A stretch of 64,000 nucleotides of DNA from Camelus dromedarius (taxonomy: Eukaryota): positions 116,934,001 through 116,998,000 of the forward strand of contig NC_087437.1 of NCBI RefSeq assembly GCF_036321535.1. Direction: 5' to 3'. The position numbers and the translations under genes were made by a program. Positions 37,365 through 50,389 of this stretch are shown piece by piece (position 1 is the first letter of the stretch; every line of letters starts with the position of its first letter). A model generated the notes under the pieces. That model saw nothing but the letters and a program-made list of their open reading frames with translations, searched no databases and was not told the origin of the DNA.

Positions 37365-39250
37365 CTCTGGGGTGGAGGAGCTCGGACCCAAGGCCCTTGC
37401 CCAGTTCTGAAGGCATGAGAAGACCACCCTCCCCCAAAAGCAGTTCACCCCTGGCTTTGATGCCAGCTCTGGATTTGAGGGGGTTTGTGAGGCCCCCTAG
37501 ACCTCCTGCCATCAATACCACACTCAAAAGTTGCCCTCTGAGAGGCCTTCAGGGGCCACCAGTCTTGCCGGGGAAGTTGAACACATGTGGACATTTCTTC
37601 ATGAACCCCAGTCAGCCAATCTGCCAAAATGAAAGACCTCAGAGAAACAGAAGACTTGCGCACACTCCCAGCCAACGAGATCACTTACATCCAAGAAATG
37701 CAGGGAGGGGTCACCCAGCATCGCTGTCTCACGGGTTAAAAAAATAGAGGGTTTCTTTCCCACCCACCCTACTGGTAATGACCGATTTCCTCCAAATTGT
37801 TGCCCAGAAAACGGTATCAGATCTTCTTAAACACACACACACATGCACATGCGTGCACATGTGCACACAGGCACACGCATGCACACGCATGCACACGCAC
37901 AGATCCGTGTCCCAGGAGAGTGTGTCTGGCTGGAGGCGGCTGGAGGCACAGAGCTGTGAGTCCAGACCCACGCTGATCCCAGCCGCACACGCCAATCCCA
38001 GCACCTACCTTGCGAGGAAGCACCAGAGACTGAAAAAGGCTAAAATAGGAAATCTAATTAAAGAAATCTGACCTTTTGTTCTTCAAATAATTGGGGGTGG
38101 GGGCAAACTATGATTTTTGTCTGAGTCTATTTACGGTATGTTTCCATTTGGATAAAGCATCAACAATGGAAAAGGAAACGGTGCCGAGAAACCCCATGTC
38201 AATTTTCAAAGGAAGGGGAATCCCTTTTGGACGGGCTGTACCCAAAGCTGTAAATAGCCGACCTTGGAGCAAACGCGAAGGAAACCAACGTGTGTGCCAA
38301 AGAGCGTGGCAGCAGGCGGGGGGGGGGGCCGGGGCCGGGGTTGGGGGGGCCTCACCTCCCAGAACTTCCCCATCCCTTGTGGCGGCAAGAAACCATCCAC
38401 AGCATGAGGGCGGTGGACTCGACGGGAGCGGGAAGAGGTGCTCCTGGGGCCCAGGTAAGACCCTCTGACACCGCGGTGCCCCCGCGCGGCGCACACCTTG
38501 AATGCATTCTGTGTCACTGTGTGTGTTTCCGCTGCAGGCACGGGGCACGTAGAGGTTGGGGACAGAGCGGAAGCACCCTTGCTTTATGCTCTGCATCTCT
38601 GTGTGCCTTTGAATTTTGTGCTGGAAATCGTTTGTGAGTGTGTCCTTCAGGTGAACTGTTGTCTTCTAGGAGATTCAAGCACGACTTTCTAATCTCCAGC
38701 AAGAACCCACTGTCCTGAAACACCTCCCCTCCCCGCTCACCCCAACACACACCCCACGGCGCGCACACACACACACACACACTGTGCACCACACGTGCGC
38801 ACGCACACACCTCTGGCCCACAGGACTCCTCCCGCGGTGTGTCTGAACTCAGGCGCTGGGCAGGGCTCAGCTTGCAAAGCAGGTCAAAGTCGGGTCACGA
38901 TGCGCCCACGGATGGGACTGGAAGGGCCATGCCTTCTAAATCTCCAGGATTCAGTGCCATCTAGAGGCTCCCCTGCTGCACTGTCTCCCAGCTCTGGGGT
39001 GGAAAGGGGATGCCAGAGGTGGGCATCAGGGAGGGCATGGGGGCCTGTGATGCACAAGGAAGGGGCCCGTTTCTGAGTAGGACTCAGGGGTTGGGGCTGC
39101 CCATTCGAGGTGCTGGCCCAGCCATCAAGGCAGCTGGATGTGCTCAACGCCCTCTGCGATTCTGTGGCTGCACGCACGTGCGGGCACACAAACACACACA
39201 CACACGCGCATACATTTATTCTTTTTCTAATTACAAAAGTAAAGTATTTG

Positions 39251-39347
39251 TGGGGGACAGGGTAGAGCTCGATGGTAGAGTTCAGGCTTAGCATGCAGGA
39301 GGTCCTGGGTTCAATCCCCAGTACTTCCATTTAAAAGGAAAAAAAGG
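39251..39347 (+). mobile_element. tRNA-Ala-derived camelid SINE (Vic-1-like), short copy
   Basis: ggtagag...gcttagcatgcaggaggtcctgggttcaatccccagtacttcca; TSD aaagtatttg at 39241-39250 and 39348-39357. Confidence 0.88.
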
Positions 39348-39714
39348 AAAGTATTTGAAACGATGCCAAATGTCATTAGTCATCAGAAAATACAACTTAA
39401 AGTCATACACACCCACCAGAGCACTCCTACGAGGAACACCAAGCCCTGGAGAGACCGGAGCCATCCGACTCTCGGATCCCACACATCAGGGTGTAAACCG
39501 GTCCTTCACCGGGGAAAGCTGGCGCCGTCTGTGGGAGCCGAGAACGTGCAGCCCTCGACACCACAGTCCCGCTGCTGGTGCCCAGTACAAAACCAGGCAC
39601 CCAGACCTCTGCCCCTCCACAGGTGGATGAAATAAGGGCCCGGAAGACCCCTGCAGGGGAGGTGGCTCCCAGGCACAGTGGCATCTCAGCAGGTATGGCT
39701 GGCCCCCTCCACCT

Positions 39715-39922
39715 GCCCTTCCTCATCACAGACAGTTTGGCCCCCAGGGGACGCTGGGGGATGTCTGGAGACATTTTTGGTTGGCACACAGGGAAAGAGA
39801 TGCAACTGGCATCTAGCAGGTGGGACCAGGGATTCTGCCAGCATCCTCCAGTGCGTGGAGCAGCCCCCACAGGGAAGGACGCTGTGGTCAAAGTGTCAAC
39901 AGCGTGAGGAGGAGAAACACTG
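39715..39922. mobile_element. MER20 hAT-Charlie MITE
   Basis: tttggcccccaggggac...atgtctggagacatttttggttg...actggcatctagcaggtgggaccagggattctgc...gcagcccccac...gagaaacactg. Confidence 0.85.
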
Positions 39923-41049
39923 CCTTAAATGCCCAGCTGTGGAGCAGTGGTGTAAATCATTCCTGCTTTTAAATCAAGGGACGTTTTAGCTAAAAACTTT
40001 CGGAATGAAAAATTCTAAATAGAATTAAGCAGAACACTGCTATAATGTAAATACATCCAGCCTGTATTGAAAAGGACAAAGCTGCAAGACGAAAAAGTCA
40101 GGGAATGAGATCATGTGTTTTCCCAGGCTTATGTGCAGCCTTTAATGCTTCCTTCATCAGCTGGGGAACCAAATGCTTCTATATGGAACCATTCAAGGAG
40201 CTGAAAATACATCTCTGCGTATTCTTTTCTCCCCTAGGGCTAGTGTCTTATTCCTTTTGCCTAATTGGGTAATTTGAGTCATTTAATTATTTTTAACTAT
40301 GAGATTGATGATTAAAAGGTCAACATTGTCAAAATGAACTAGTCACACGATCTGTGATCATCAACATTAGCCGTGAAAATTGTTTCTCCCCACCACACAT
40401 TTATTGAGCCTTTAACAATATTGCATAGAATGTGCTGGATGTCATGGGAGGCAGAAAAGGAGAAGACACGGTCCCCACAAATGAGGAATTCTGTGTATTC
40501 ATTGTTTTGCCAAAGGCGTTCGAGATTGGTGGGTCTGTTTGATGTTTTAGAAACATTGAGGGCTCTTTTAGTAACTTTTATTCATTCACGTCATTCAAAT
40601 ACAATCCAACAAAGTTTCCAAATTTATTCTGGCTGTTCTCCTTTTGAAGAATTAAGTATAATCCTTTGGAAAATAGTCTTATAGAAGAAACCAAAACCCA
40701 ACGGCTCAAAACAGCTCAGCAGAAACCCACATAAGGAATGCGTGGCACTTTGAGGGCTGGCCCCCGAACACTTCTGGGAAGCCACGTAGGAGAAAAGCCA
40801 ATCTACTCATCAATCATTTGTTTTAAATTTAAAAATCAAGACATGAACATTATAAACTAAAATTCCAAACAGCACCAAACAGTGTACAATGAAAAAGCAG
40901 GTCTCCCCCTTCTCTGATGTCCCAGTCTCCTTATTATCAACAGTTTTTTGTGTATTCTTTCAAAATTCTTTACGCATATGACAAACATATTTTTACAAAA
41001 TGGGGTTGTGCTATGTACACATTGTTTTTTGCAAGTTGCTTTTTCCCCC

Positions 41050-41872
41050 TTTTTTTATTGTGGTAAAATACATATAAAATTTACCACCTTAACCATTTTA
41101 AAATATACAATTCGGTGGCATTAAGTACAGTCCTACTTTTTTTACAATTATCACCACCACTGCAACCATCATCACCACCAGCCCCAGAACTCTTTTCATC
41201 TTGCAAACTGAAACTCTGTATCCTTTAAACAACTTCCCGTTTCTCCCTCCCTGCAGCCCTGGGCAACCACTACTCTACTTTCTGTCTCTGAATTTGACTA
41301 CTTAGGTACCTTATGTAAGTGGAATTGTACAGTATTTGTCTTTTTTGTGACTGGCTTATTTCCCTTATCATAATGTTGTCAAAGTTCATCAATTCCAACA
41401 TGTATTGGAATTTCCTTCCTTCCTTTTTAAAGCTGAATAACATTCCATTGTGTGTACAGACCACATTTTGCTTATCCATTCATCGGTCAGTGGACACTTG
41501 GGTTGCTTCTGCCCTCCAGCTACTGTGAATAATGCTGCTATGAACTTGAATGTACAAATATCTCTTCAAGACCCTGTCTTCAAATCTTTCAGGCATATAC
41601 TCCAAAGTGGAGTTGCTGGATTATATGGTAACTCTATGTTTAATTTGGGGGGGGAACTGCCCAAACTATACCATTTTAGAGTCCCACCAACAGTGTACAA
41701 AGGTTCCAATTTCTCCACATCCTCGCCAACACTTGGTATTTTTTTAACAGTAGCCATCTTAATGGATATGAGACAGTATCTCACTGTGATTTTACTTTGC
41801 ATTTCCTGAATGACCTTGTGACTAGTGATGGTGAGCATCTCTTCATGTGCTTACTGGCCATTTGTATATCCT
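41050..41872 (-). mobile_element. L1MB-like 3' fragment
   Basis: ttttattgtggtaaaatacatataaaatttacc...; antisense translation VGEDVEKLEPL...KLNIELPYNPATPL is L1 ORF2 C-terminus. Confidence 0.9.
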
Positions 41873-41957
41873 CTGTTCACATTCCATGGGTTAGAAATTA
41901 GTTTTACAGCAAAATGTAACTACAAGCAAGCCTGGGAGATGCAATACAGTTGGGTTA

Positions 41958-42495
41958 TGCATTAGCTATTGTTTATGCCTAATAATGTTAGCACGAATCT
42001 AGTACCTTAAAACTAAACATTTATCTCACAGCTTCTGTGGGCCAGGAGCTTAGGCACAGTTTAACTGAGTCCTTTGCAAGGCTGTAGTTAAGGTGTCAGT
42101 TAGGGCTGCAGTCTCATCTGAAGTTGGACTGGGGAAGGAACTGCTTCCAAACTCACCCTGGTTGTTGGCAGAATTCAGTTCCTTGCGCTTGTAGATCTGA
42201 AGGCTTCGGTTTCTTACTAACTATCCACCAAAGCCCTCCCTGGGTCCCTAGGAGCCACTTTGAGTTCCTCGTCCTATGGGATTTTCTCGAAGCCAACAAA
42301 AGAAAGAGTGACTCCAGCAAGATGGGTGCAACTATGTCATGTACATAATCACATACACACAAGCATGTGGATTCTGCTGCCTCTGCCATATTCTGTTGGT
42401 TAGAAACAGGTCATGTGCCCCGCCCACGTTCGAGGGGAGGAGCGCCTGCAAGGGCAGGAACATCAGGAGCTGGGAACTGTGGGTACCACCTGGGA
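41958..42495 (-). mobile_element. MaLR LTR (MLT1F-like)
   Basis: tctcacagcttctgtgggccaggag...aaggtgtcagttagggctgcagtctcatctgaag...gcttccaaactcac...ctctgccatattctgttggttagaa. Confidence 0.8.
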
Positions 42496-43904
42496 GTTCC
42501 ACTGAGATCGCCCTAGAATTCCATGACAGTGGAAGGAAGCATAAGATTTCAGGGACAACGGGCTATCAGCATCCAGCACAATACGGTGCAAATATTTTTC
42601 TTAGCAATGGAAAATTGCTAGGTTGAAGACTGGCTTTACATTTTAATTTGATGCTAACCTTGTGGTTGGTATTTTTAATTTATTTATGATACTCCTGACA
42701 TACGGAAGACTTCAACTTGTGTGAAGTCAAACTTATTAATATTTTTCCTTTCCTTTCTGAATTTTGTCAAGATTCATGTCATGGCATGAAAGATCTCCCC
42801 CTTCCAAGATCACATAAAATCCCATCCGTACAGTCTCCTGAAATAACCCACTATTATGGCCAAGCGTCCCATCTTCACTACCAGGGTAATTTGTTTATAT
42901 AAGTTATTTTGCTGCTGACTGGCTTGAAAAGCTATTTGTTCACAATTTTGCTCATCAGTGACTTTTTAAGGGGAAGAAGTTGGATTCAGCAAATTATTTT
43001 CACCCTTTAATGTACAGCTCTTGGTATGGCTCTAAGATAAGCAATAAAATTTCACGGAAAGCTCTTTTTTGGTGCAAAATCAGTACGAGTCACACGTAGT
43101 CAATGATCCCATTTACCCCAGCCCTTCTCGGCCCTCATGAGACGGACACAACTGTATGCGCCCTTGGCCGTTTACCCTCCGAGGTCACTCCCCTGCTGAG
43201 TGTTTACTTCTGAATAGAAAATTATGATTGTGTCCATAGTATTCACTCACATAATCCAGCCCACCAAGCAAATCCAGGTCCCCCCACTTTCCCGAGTCAT
43301 TCATGTCAAGTCACCTGCCTCTCAAACAGAGGCTAAATCATCTGGGAGATCATGGAGGAACACAGTTCCCTTCCTTTCCCTCAGCAAATATTTAGGGCAC
43401 CCCTTTCTCTGGGCACAGCACCCTATGCAAAGTGGGCAGCTGCTAGCAAAAAAAGACTTTGAAAAATTGCTACTGGCAAAGGAACCCCATAATTTAGTTC
43501 TACAGAGTCTACCCTTGTGATAATACTATATATACTTATACATAATATCCCAGTAGCATCGAGACCTTCACGCCCGGCCACCTCGGGCCCTGGTGGCTCA
43601 AGGAGAGAGTAAAAGGATGGAAAGAAGGGACCAGTGTCTCGAGCTTCTCCGCATCTGCGACAGGTTTTGCCTCTGCAACACCCATTATTTGCCGGGCTCA
43701 GAGCTGATGTCTGTAAAGGCTCGTGCAGCAGACACAAATCTCCGCTGACACAAGCAGCTGTCATCTGTCATCTGTTCATGTCTCTGTAACTCATAATTGC
43801 CACCAATCAAGTCCGAGTCCCCTCCCTTTCTCGATTTGCAGCTGAGTTCTGGGGCATGTGCATGGTTCCCTGCTGTTGGGGAGGGGCTGAGGGGTCATCT
43901 GTCC

Positions 43905-43915
43905 TGCTGAGTCAC
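43905..43915. promoter_or_regulatory. ARE/MARE motif
   Basis: TGCTGAGTCAC exact match; motif only. Confidence 0.3.
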
Positions 43916-45199
43916 CCCCTCTCCTCATCCCCAGGCCCCTAGGCCCGGCTCTCTGCATGTCTCTCTCCCAACTGCCTCCACTCAGTGGTCTGGGTAGGGG
44001 AGTCTTTTCTGACACCCGCCAGGGGGTTGGCCCAGACCTGACTCCCCTCCCTGAGACAACAAAAACTGACCTGTGAAGGATCGGAGGGCAAAAAGGAAAG
44101 TATCAACCGATATTTCCAAATAGCCTGCTGTCACACATGTCAGATAGGCTGACACACCACAGGGAGATTCAGACTCAAGAACAAACTGGGTCACCAACAA
44201 TCAGAAGCAGAAAACTCCTTTAAAAAAAGAAGCTGCACCTTGTTCCTGAACGATGCAAGGCTAGGTGAGCATTGATTTGGTTACGTATGATTAAAGGTAG
44301 CTTTCAGGAGACACTGAAAGCTTATTATTTTAAATTACAAGATAGGTTCAAAGCTTTCACGGAGCTGTAGCCACGTTAATACTGGTTTCAGCAAGAAGGC
44401 CTTTTCTTCTCTCTTGCATACAGTCTGCACGCAGGGTCCCTCTGTCTCATTGCCCCACCAAGTCCCGGGAGGTGGCTTTGGCCACAGCATCCAAAATGGC
44501 TCAGCACCACCGTGGCCACCTGCCGAGCGGTGGAAGAGGAAAAAGGGAAGGAGCCCAGTGCTGGAAGGGCACGACTCGGAAGCTGCATTAAATGCTTCCC
44601 TTCACTTGTCTTGGCCACACCCAGCTGCAAGGGAAGCTGGGGAATGTAGTCCTCAGGTAGCCCAAAACTGGGGGTGCCATGACTGCAGAAGATGGGAGGA
44701 GTGGCTGTTAAAGAGCAATGAGCAACCTCTGATGCTCTTCCACAGCTGAACAGCTACTTGGCAAAAATTCGATCCATCCTTCAGTGCCTGGATCTCCATC
44801 GTCAGTTCTCTGAACTAACAGGGATTCCGTCCCCCTCCAGACTGGATCTGCACCATTCATGGGACACTTAACCTCAAACAGTCTCCTCCCCAGAAGCTGA
44901 CCCCTAACCTCCTTTAGGTCCCCAACATGACAGCACCCACCTCTGCCTAGACGCCACCAGGGGAGGGAGCCCCGCCTTTCCTGACAGTGAACATGGTCTT
45001 TTGTTGAGCTTTGTGGCCGATAAACACCTTGCTTTACCTCCCAATGCCCATTCAACACTCACACACTCATATGTTCACACTCACTTGCTCACATTCACCC
45101 TTGTACACTCATACTCCTTGGCTAACAGCCCCCCATGTCTTCTGTAAGCCCCTGCCCAGTGCTGGGGGAGCAGTGCTGGGTATAGACCAGTCTCAGCAA

Positions 45200-45510
45200 T
45201 TTCTTTCCCCTTTGCTGGTCAGCAGTGACCACATGACCTGGTTCTGGCCAATGACATGTAAACGGACGCTCCCTGCAGGGGTCTCTAGGAAACCCGTTGT
45301 TTTCCTGCCAAAAGGGAGAAGCCTTGGCTGCCACCCTTCCCCACATCTCCTCTTCCTCTGGCCTCCATCCTGGAGGCAATGTCTAGAGATGCAGCTGCGT
45401 CTGCAACCACGAGGGGACAAGGCAAGGCGCCGCTGAGGGCAGAACCGGAGGAGTAACAGGGGTCCCTGAGCCCCTGCCGTGGCCCATGACCGCCCCACCC
45501 GGACCTCTCC
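45200..45510 (+). mobile_element. ERVL LTR (LTR33/LTR16-like)
   Basis: gtgaccacatgacctggttctggccaatgacatgtaaacgga...ctaggaaa...tagagatgcagctgcgtctgcaaccacgagg. Confidence 0.6.
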
Positions 45511-45524
45511 ATAAATGGGACCAT

Positions 45525-46045
45525 TCAGTTATTCAGGCTAAAAAGAAATGAGCTGTCAAGCCATGACAAGACAGGCTTATTGCTTATTACCAAGCAGAAG
45601 AAGCCGGTCTGAAAAGGCTGCATGCTGTGGTTCCAACTCACGACACGCTGGAAAAGTCCAAACCATGGCGACAGCAGAGAGACTCGTCTCCAGGGACGGG
45701 GGAGGGAGGCGTGGACAGGTGGAACACAGAGGGTTTTCAGGTGGTGAAAACATTCTACGTGATGCTACGGTGGGTACATGTCACTGTGCACTGGCCCAAA
45801 CCCACAGAACGCACAACAGCCGGCGGGAGCCCTCGTGCAGACGGCAGACTCTGGGTGATGAGGACGTGTCACCGCAGGTTCATTCACTGTAAAATGTACC
45901 CGCTGGTGGGGGGTGTCAACAGTGGGGGAGGCTGTGCATGTGAAGGAGCACAGGGTAGACGGGAAACCTCTGTACCTTCTGCTCAGTTTTGCTGTGAACC
46001 TAAAATTGCTCTAAAAATAGTCTTTCTAATTTAAAATAAATATAT
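45525..46045 (+). mobile_element. L1MC1-like 3' end
   Basis: ctaaaaagaaatgagctgtcaagccatga...gaagaagccggtctgaaaaggctgcatgctgtg...gtaccttctgctcagttttgctgtgaacctaaaattgctctaaaaa. Confidence 0.85.
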
Positions 46046-46284
46046 ATGACCATCCATCCCTGTTTGTGCCCACCTCTGCCGCCAGGTGCTCTGACACGAG
46101 CATCCAAATGTGTTTCCACCAGACATGAGCTGCACCTGCCTTCTCTCCACCCTGCTGTGAATTCACAGAGCCCGTCCAGTCCCCTCCCCAGGTCGAAGGG
46201 CTGGAAAACAACCCACCGGAGTCCACCAGCGTCCTGTCTCCCTTGGCCAACCCCCTCCTCGTGGCGGCTGTGGGCCGACCCTCA

Positions 46285-46630
46285 GTTTTGACCCGTGTGA
46301 CGTGATACTTGATTAGAGTTGTGAACTGCATTTCTCTGACAATTAGCGATACTGCGCATCTTTTCATGTGCCTGTTTGGCCGTCTGGATGTCTTCTTTGG
46401 AGAAATGTCTATTTAGGTCTTCCGCCCATTTTTGGATTGGGTTGTCTGTTTTTCTTGTTATTGAGTTGTATGAGCTGTTTGTATATTCTGGAAATTAAGT
46501 CCTTGTCAGTCACATCGTTTGCAGATATTTTCTCTCATTCCATAGGTTGTCTTTTCATTCTGTTTATGGTTTCCTTTGCTGTGCAAAAGCTTATAAGTTT
46601 GATTAGGTCCCATTGGCTTATTTTTGTTGT
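46285..46630 (-). mobile_element. L1 ORF2 fragment
   Basis: Antisense translation KISQWDLIKLISFCTAKETINRMKRQPME and [14 protein letters not shown] match L1 ORF2. Confidence 0.9.
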
Positions 46631-48048
46631 TAAACCCTGGGTTTGTGGACAGGAGTCGAGCCTGGCTGCAGCAGACCCGAGAGACCACGCAGCTCCCAGG
46701 CCACAGCCCTCGGTCTCGTGGTCATGTGAGTCTGAGGTGACCCTGAACACAGGGTGCTCCACGCTGGCCTTAGTTCTGTGATGGGACAGGGAGCCCACCA
46801 GGCTGCAGGCTTCCAGGGGGCAGGGCGGGCCTGCTGTGTCAACCTGCGGGTCTCCAGGGCTTGGCACTGGATCGGGCACCACGTCGGGACTCCTTCAGTG
46901 TCCTTTCGACAATATCCAGCCCCTACTGAAACCCTGCCGTGGCCTCAGCCCAGAGACGGCAGCTCTCAGCAGGCCAAACGGAAACCACCAGAGAGAACAC
47001 GGGGGCTGTCACCTCCCATGTCACCGAGACCAGGCCTCCTGAGCCAGCAGAGGCTCCAAAGAAAACCCTCTTTGATGGCTCGGGAGCAGGGCCCAGTGCG
47101 AGGTGCGGAGCCGCCTGGAAGGAAGCCCAGCAGACGCAGCCGATTTATGGTCCCCGAGGGGGCAGCTGGGGGCCAGCCTCTTCAGAGGTGGCCGCCGGGA
47201 GCACGTGGGGTCACATCTGGAAGCCATATCGGGGAGGAGAGGCAGGCATCTGGAGGCATGGGCCAGGCAGGCCGCACGGTTAACGGAAGCAGGGAGCCTT
47301 GATAACGACGCCCTCAGACCAGCACTTGCAGACCTGGGGCTCCGGGAACAGGGAAGAGGCTTCACGTTCCGGAAGCTTCCAAGCCAGACACGTCAGAGAG
47401 GGACAGTGCAGAAGTCCATGCACTCTGAGTTTTAACAAATGTCACCATCTAACAGAGACCGTGCAGACCAACACCCAGGAGGATGTGGCAGCCCGGACGT
47501 GGGGGCCTCAGCCTGGAACAGGCTACGGTGCACGGGGAGACGGGCAGTGTGTTCTGGAAACGCCCGTGTGGGTCCCTGTAACGAGTGACCGTTTTCCTTC
47601 AGAAGAAACTGAAGCAACAATTGAAACATTCAAAATAACACCATCTTGAGTTTCTAAATCAATAACCTTCCCCCCAGATCAGTTTCTCTTTAGGAACAAG
47701 AACTCCTGGATCTTAAGAACATCAGCGTCCCTGGGGCCGAACGTTCCCGCCCTGCTGATGAAGAACAGCGTCTTCCAGGGACGGGTCGCCCTTTCATCGT
47801 AGGTAATAATGAGTTAGAGCCACGTGAAAACCGCAAGAGAAAACAAAAGCCCTTAAAAATATTTTTTAAAACAGCCAAGAGACATTTTTAAAGGTCCGAT
47901 ATATACAGGGTTTTGGGGGACCTGATTTTAATTGCTTACAGGTCCCAGAAGGAAGGAGAATAAAAAGTATTATTAATGCGTGGACATATTTAGAAAGAGC
48001 AGATTACCAACCCCAGGTTCCCCAGCGGAAGCAAAGAATCTTTGTGGG

Positions 48049-48071
48049 GCAATACTGCCCCCTGGTGGCCA
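48049..48071 (-). promoter_or_regulatory. CTCF binding motif (strong)
   Basis: Minus strand reads TGGCCACCAGGGGGCAGTATTGC, a near-perfect CTCF core, in unique sequence. Confidence 0.7.
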
Positions 48072-48644
48072 GTGTTTACTTAATTCTGTCTGCAAGTTAA
48101 CCTCCAGCAAAACTGATGTTTCAGTCAGCAGGACTCAGGACTCATCCGTTTTGCACCCCCTCTGACGCTCTCGAACCCAAATCATGCAGGTGCCGCGCCA
48201 CTGCTAAGGAAAGGGAAATTCAAGGACAATGTCATCAAGTAGTCACGATGGCGTTCCCAGGGTGATTTAAGAAAATGTGGACCCCTGATGTGGTGAAAGT
48301 CTCACCTCCGTCCCAGGTTTTGGGTTTTTTTTTTTAACATTCCCCACTAATAAGGGAACGACAAAAGCCCAAGAGGTTTAAAGTGTAAATTCTTCCAGCT
48401 CCTATGACCTACCTGCTGGGTTGTTTGCAGTAACAAGACACTGCGGCTCAAAACGTTTCCAGCGGCGTTTAAGAGTGTGTACAGCGCCGCTCACTTTGGT
48501 CCTTCTCGCCTGTTAGGGATGGGTTATCATTGGCGCTACCCCATACTGTGCTTAACCCTCATCTTCAGCAAATATTTATCCTGCTCAGCGGGGACTTACC
48601 AAGCATGTACTCTGCCAGGGCGGCTGGGGTGCCACGCTCTCAGC

Positions 48645-49136
48645 CCTCAGCGGAGGGGCCTCTCCCACCATCAGCGGGGGCATCACCCGGGAGCTTGTGA
48701 GAGATGCGGGCTCCTAGTCCCCCAGCCCGCGGAGTCTGCACCTGCGTTTTGGCAGTTCCCCATGCGGTTAGAGCTGGAGTTTGGGACATGCTACAGGGGT
48801 TCTCAGGCACAGACAAGCGTCAGAATCATCTGGAGGGCGTGTTAAAGCACGGACTGCTGGCCCTACCCCTGGGGGTCTGACGCCGCGCCTGAGGTGAGCC
48901 TGAGGGTTTCCGTGTCTAACAAGTTCCCGGTGACGCCGGTGAGGCTGGCCTGAGGGCCACACCGGTTCTCCAACCCAGCTGCCGGTTGGCATTATCTGGG
49001 GGTTAGTTGTAAACAATACCGACCCCTGGGCCACACCTCCAGAAATGGATTTAAATAGCACGGCAGGCGGCTTGGGCATCAAGCATTTTCTAGCTCCCTG
49101 GGTGATTCGAAACGCAGCCAAGTTTGGGAACCACTG
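48645..49136. mobile_element. Cluster of about three MER5-family MITEs
   Basis: gcatcacccgggagcttgtgagagatgc; cagaatcatctggagggcgtgttaaagcac...tctaacaagttcccggtgacg; gggccacacctccaga...ggtgattcgaaacgcagccaagtttgggaaccactg. Confidence 0.75.
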
Positions 49137-50370
49137 TTCTAAGGGATAAAGAGGGAGAAATTAGACATCCTTTATCATCGAGTCTCACCAAACTCTGTGA
49201 TTATTTGATGAAAAACTGCTGATGCCGTGGTAAGGGCTCTCCAGGAACCTATGAAACCCCTCTGATAGAGAACACAGGACAAAAGACAGGGCTGGCAGCA
49301 GGAGGCAGTGTGCAGTGTTTGCCACAAATTCCCATTTTTAGTTAAAATGTGGACAACAGCTATGTGGCACCTGCTATATGCTGTGGTCTCCGCCTTTCTA
49401 AGGCGGCAGATGAGGGACAGGCAGAGGACAGGTGGTTCTCAGGTTTGACAGCTGTGCTCCCGGAAAACATGTCAACATGGATCAGTGCGGCATCTTCTCT
49501 GGAACCACAGAATAATGGGCAAGTTTTGCCTTCCTGACTGAGAACCCGGCAACAAATAAGTGGATACAGTCAGTGAGTGCCACGTCATAGAAGAAGAAAT
49601 GCAGCAAGAAAAGCCACCCAACATCACTTGCCGTAGCAAAGTTAGCCCGCAGCACTGCCAGGTGGACATAAGACTAAAGATCAGAAGAAGCCAGTGGAAA
49701 GGCTTCGAGATGGACGTCAGAAGGCCTGGCTCTGTGAGCTGCTGGACACTGCCGAGCGAGCCCCGTGATCTCTCCAAAGTTTCTCTTTAATTACTTGTAA
49801 AACCGTGTTAAGAACCGCCGCCCACCTCCCTAGGCTGCTGTGGAAAGCACGTGGAAGAGGTCTGTGGAAACATTTCGTAAATGAGAAAGCATCAGGAAGT
49901 GTTTTAGGACATGAGAGGCGCTGAGACACAGAGCACACGACACACAGCTGCTGCAGACGTTTTCACTAAAACGAGCGCGCAGAGTAGCAAATACTATCCC
50001 CTTAACAATCACTTTTGCCTTAAAATTTAGAAGAGCTTTTTAGGAAATTGCTCATCAATGGGGATGAGTTTCTAGAAAGTTGTCCAGGATGTTTTGCTTC
50101 ATTAATTTCTTCACTCAACTATTTTATTGAATGGCATCTGTGTGCCAAATGAAGCAACGTTTCCTTTATTAGATACACATTCTTTACGACAGTAACATTC
50201 CAAATATGCTTTCGGAAATCCATACGGAAAGTTGTGTATAAAACAAGATGATGTGTCTTTTTTCCCTCCTTTCCAAGAACCCATCCAAACGAAAGTGAAG
50301 GATATTTAAAAGCAGTAAGCCCATAAAAGCAGAGGTGGGGAGTCCTGCAGGAACCCCTCCCCACATTAAG

Positions 50371-50389
50371 CTGTGACCTCTAGTGGTGG
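50371..50389 (-). promoter_or_regulatory. CTCF-like motif (weaker)
   Basis: Minus strand CCACCACTAGAGGTCACAG, one core mismatch. Confidence 0.35.

Noticed and set aside
44014..44030. CTCF-like CCGCCAGGGGGTTG
   Set aside because: Lacks the conserved C after the G run; too weak to call
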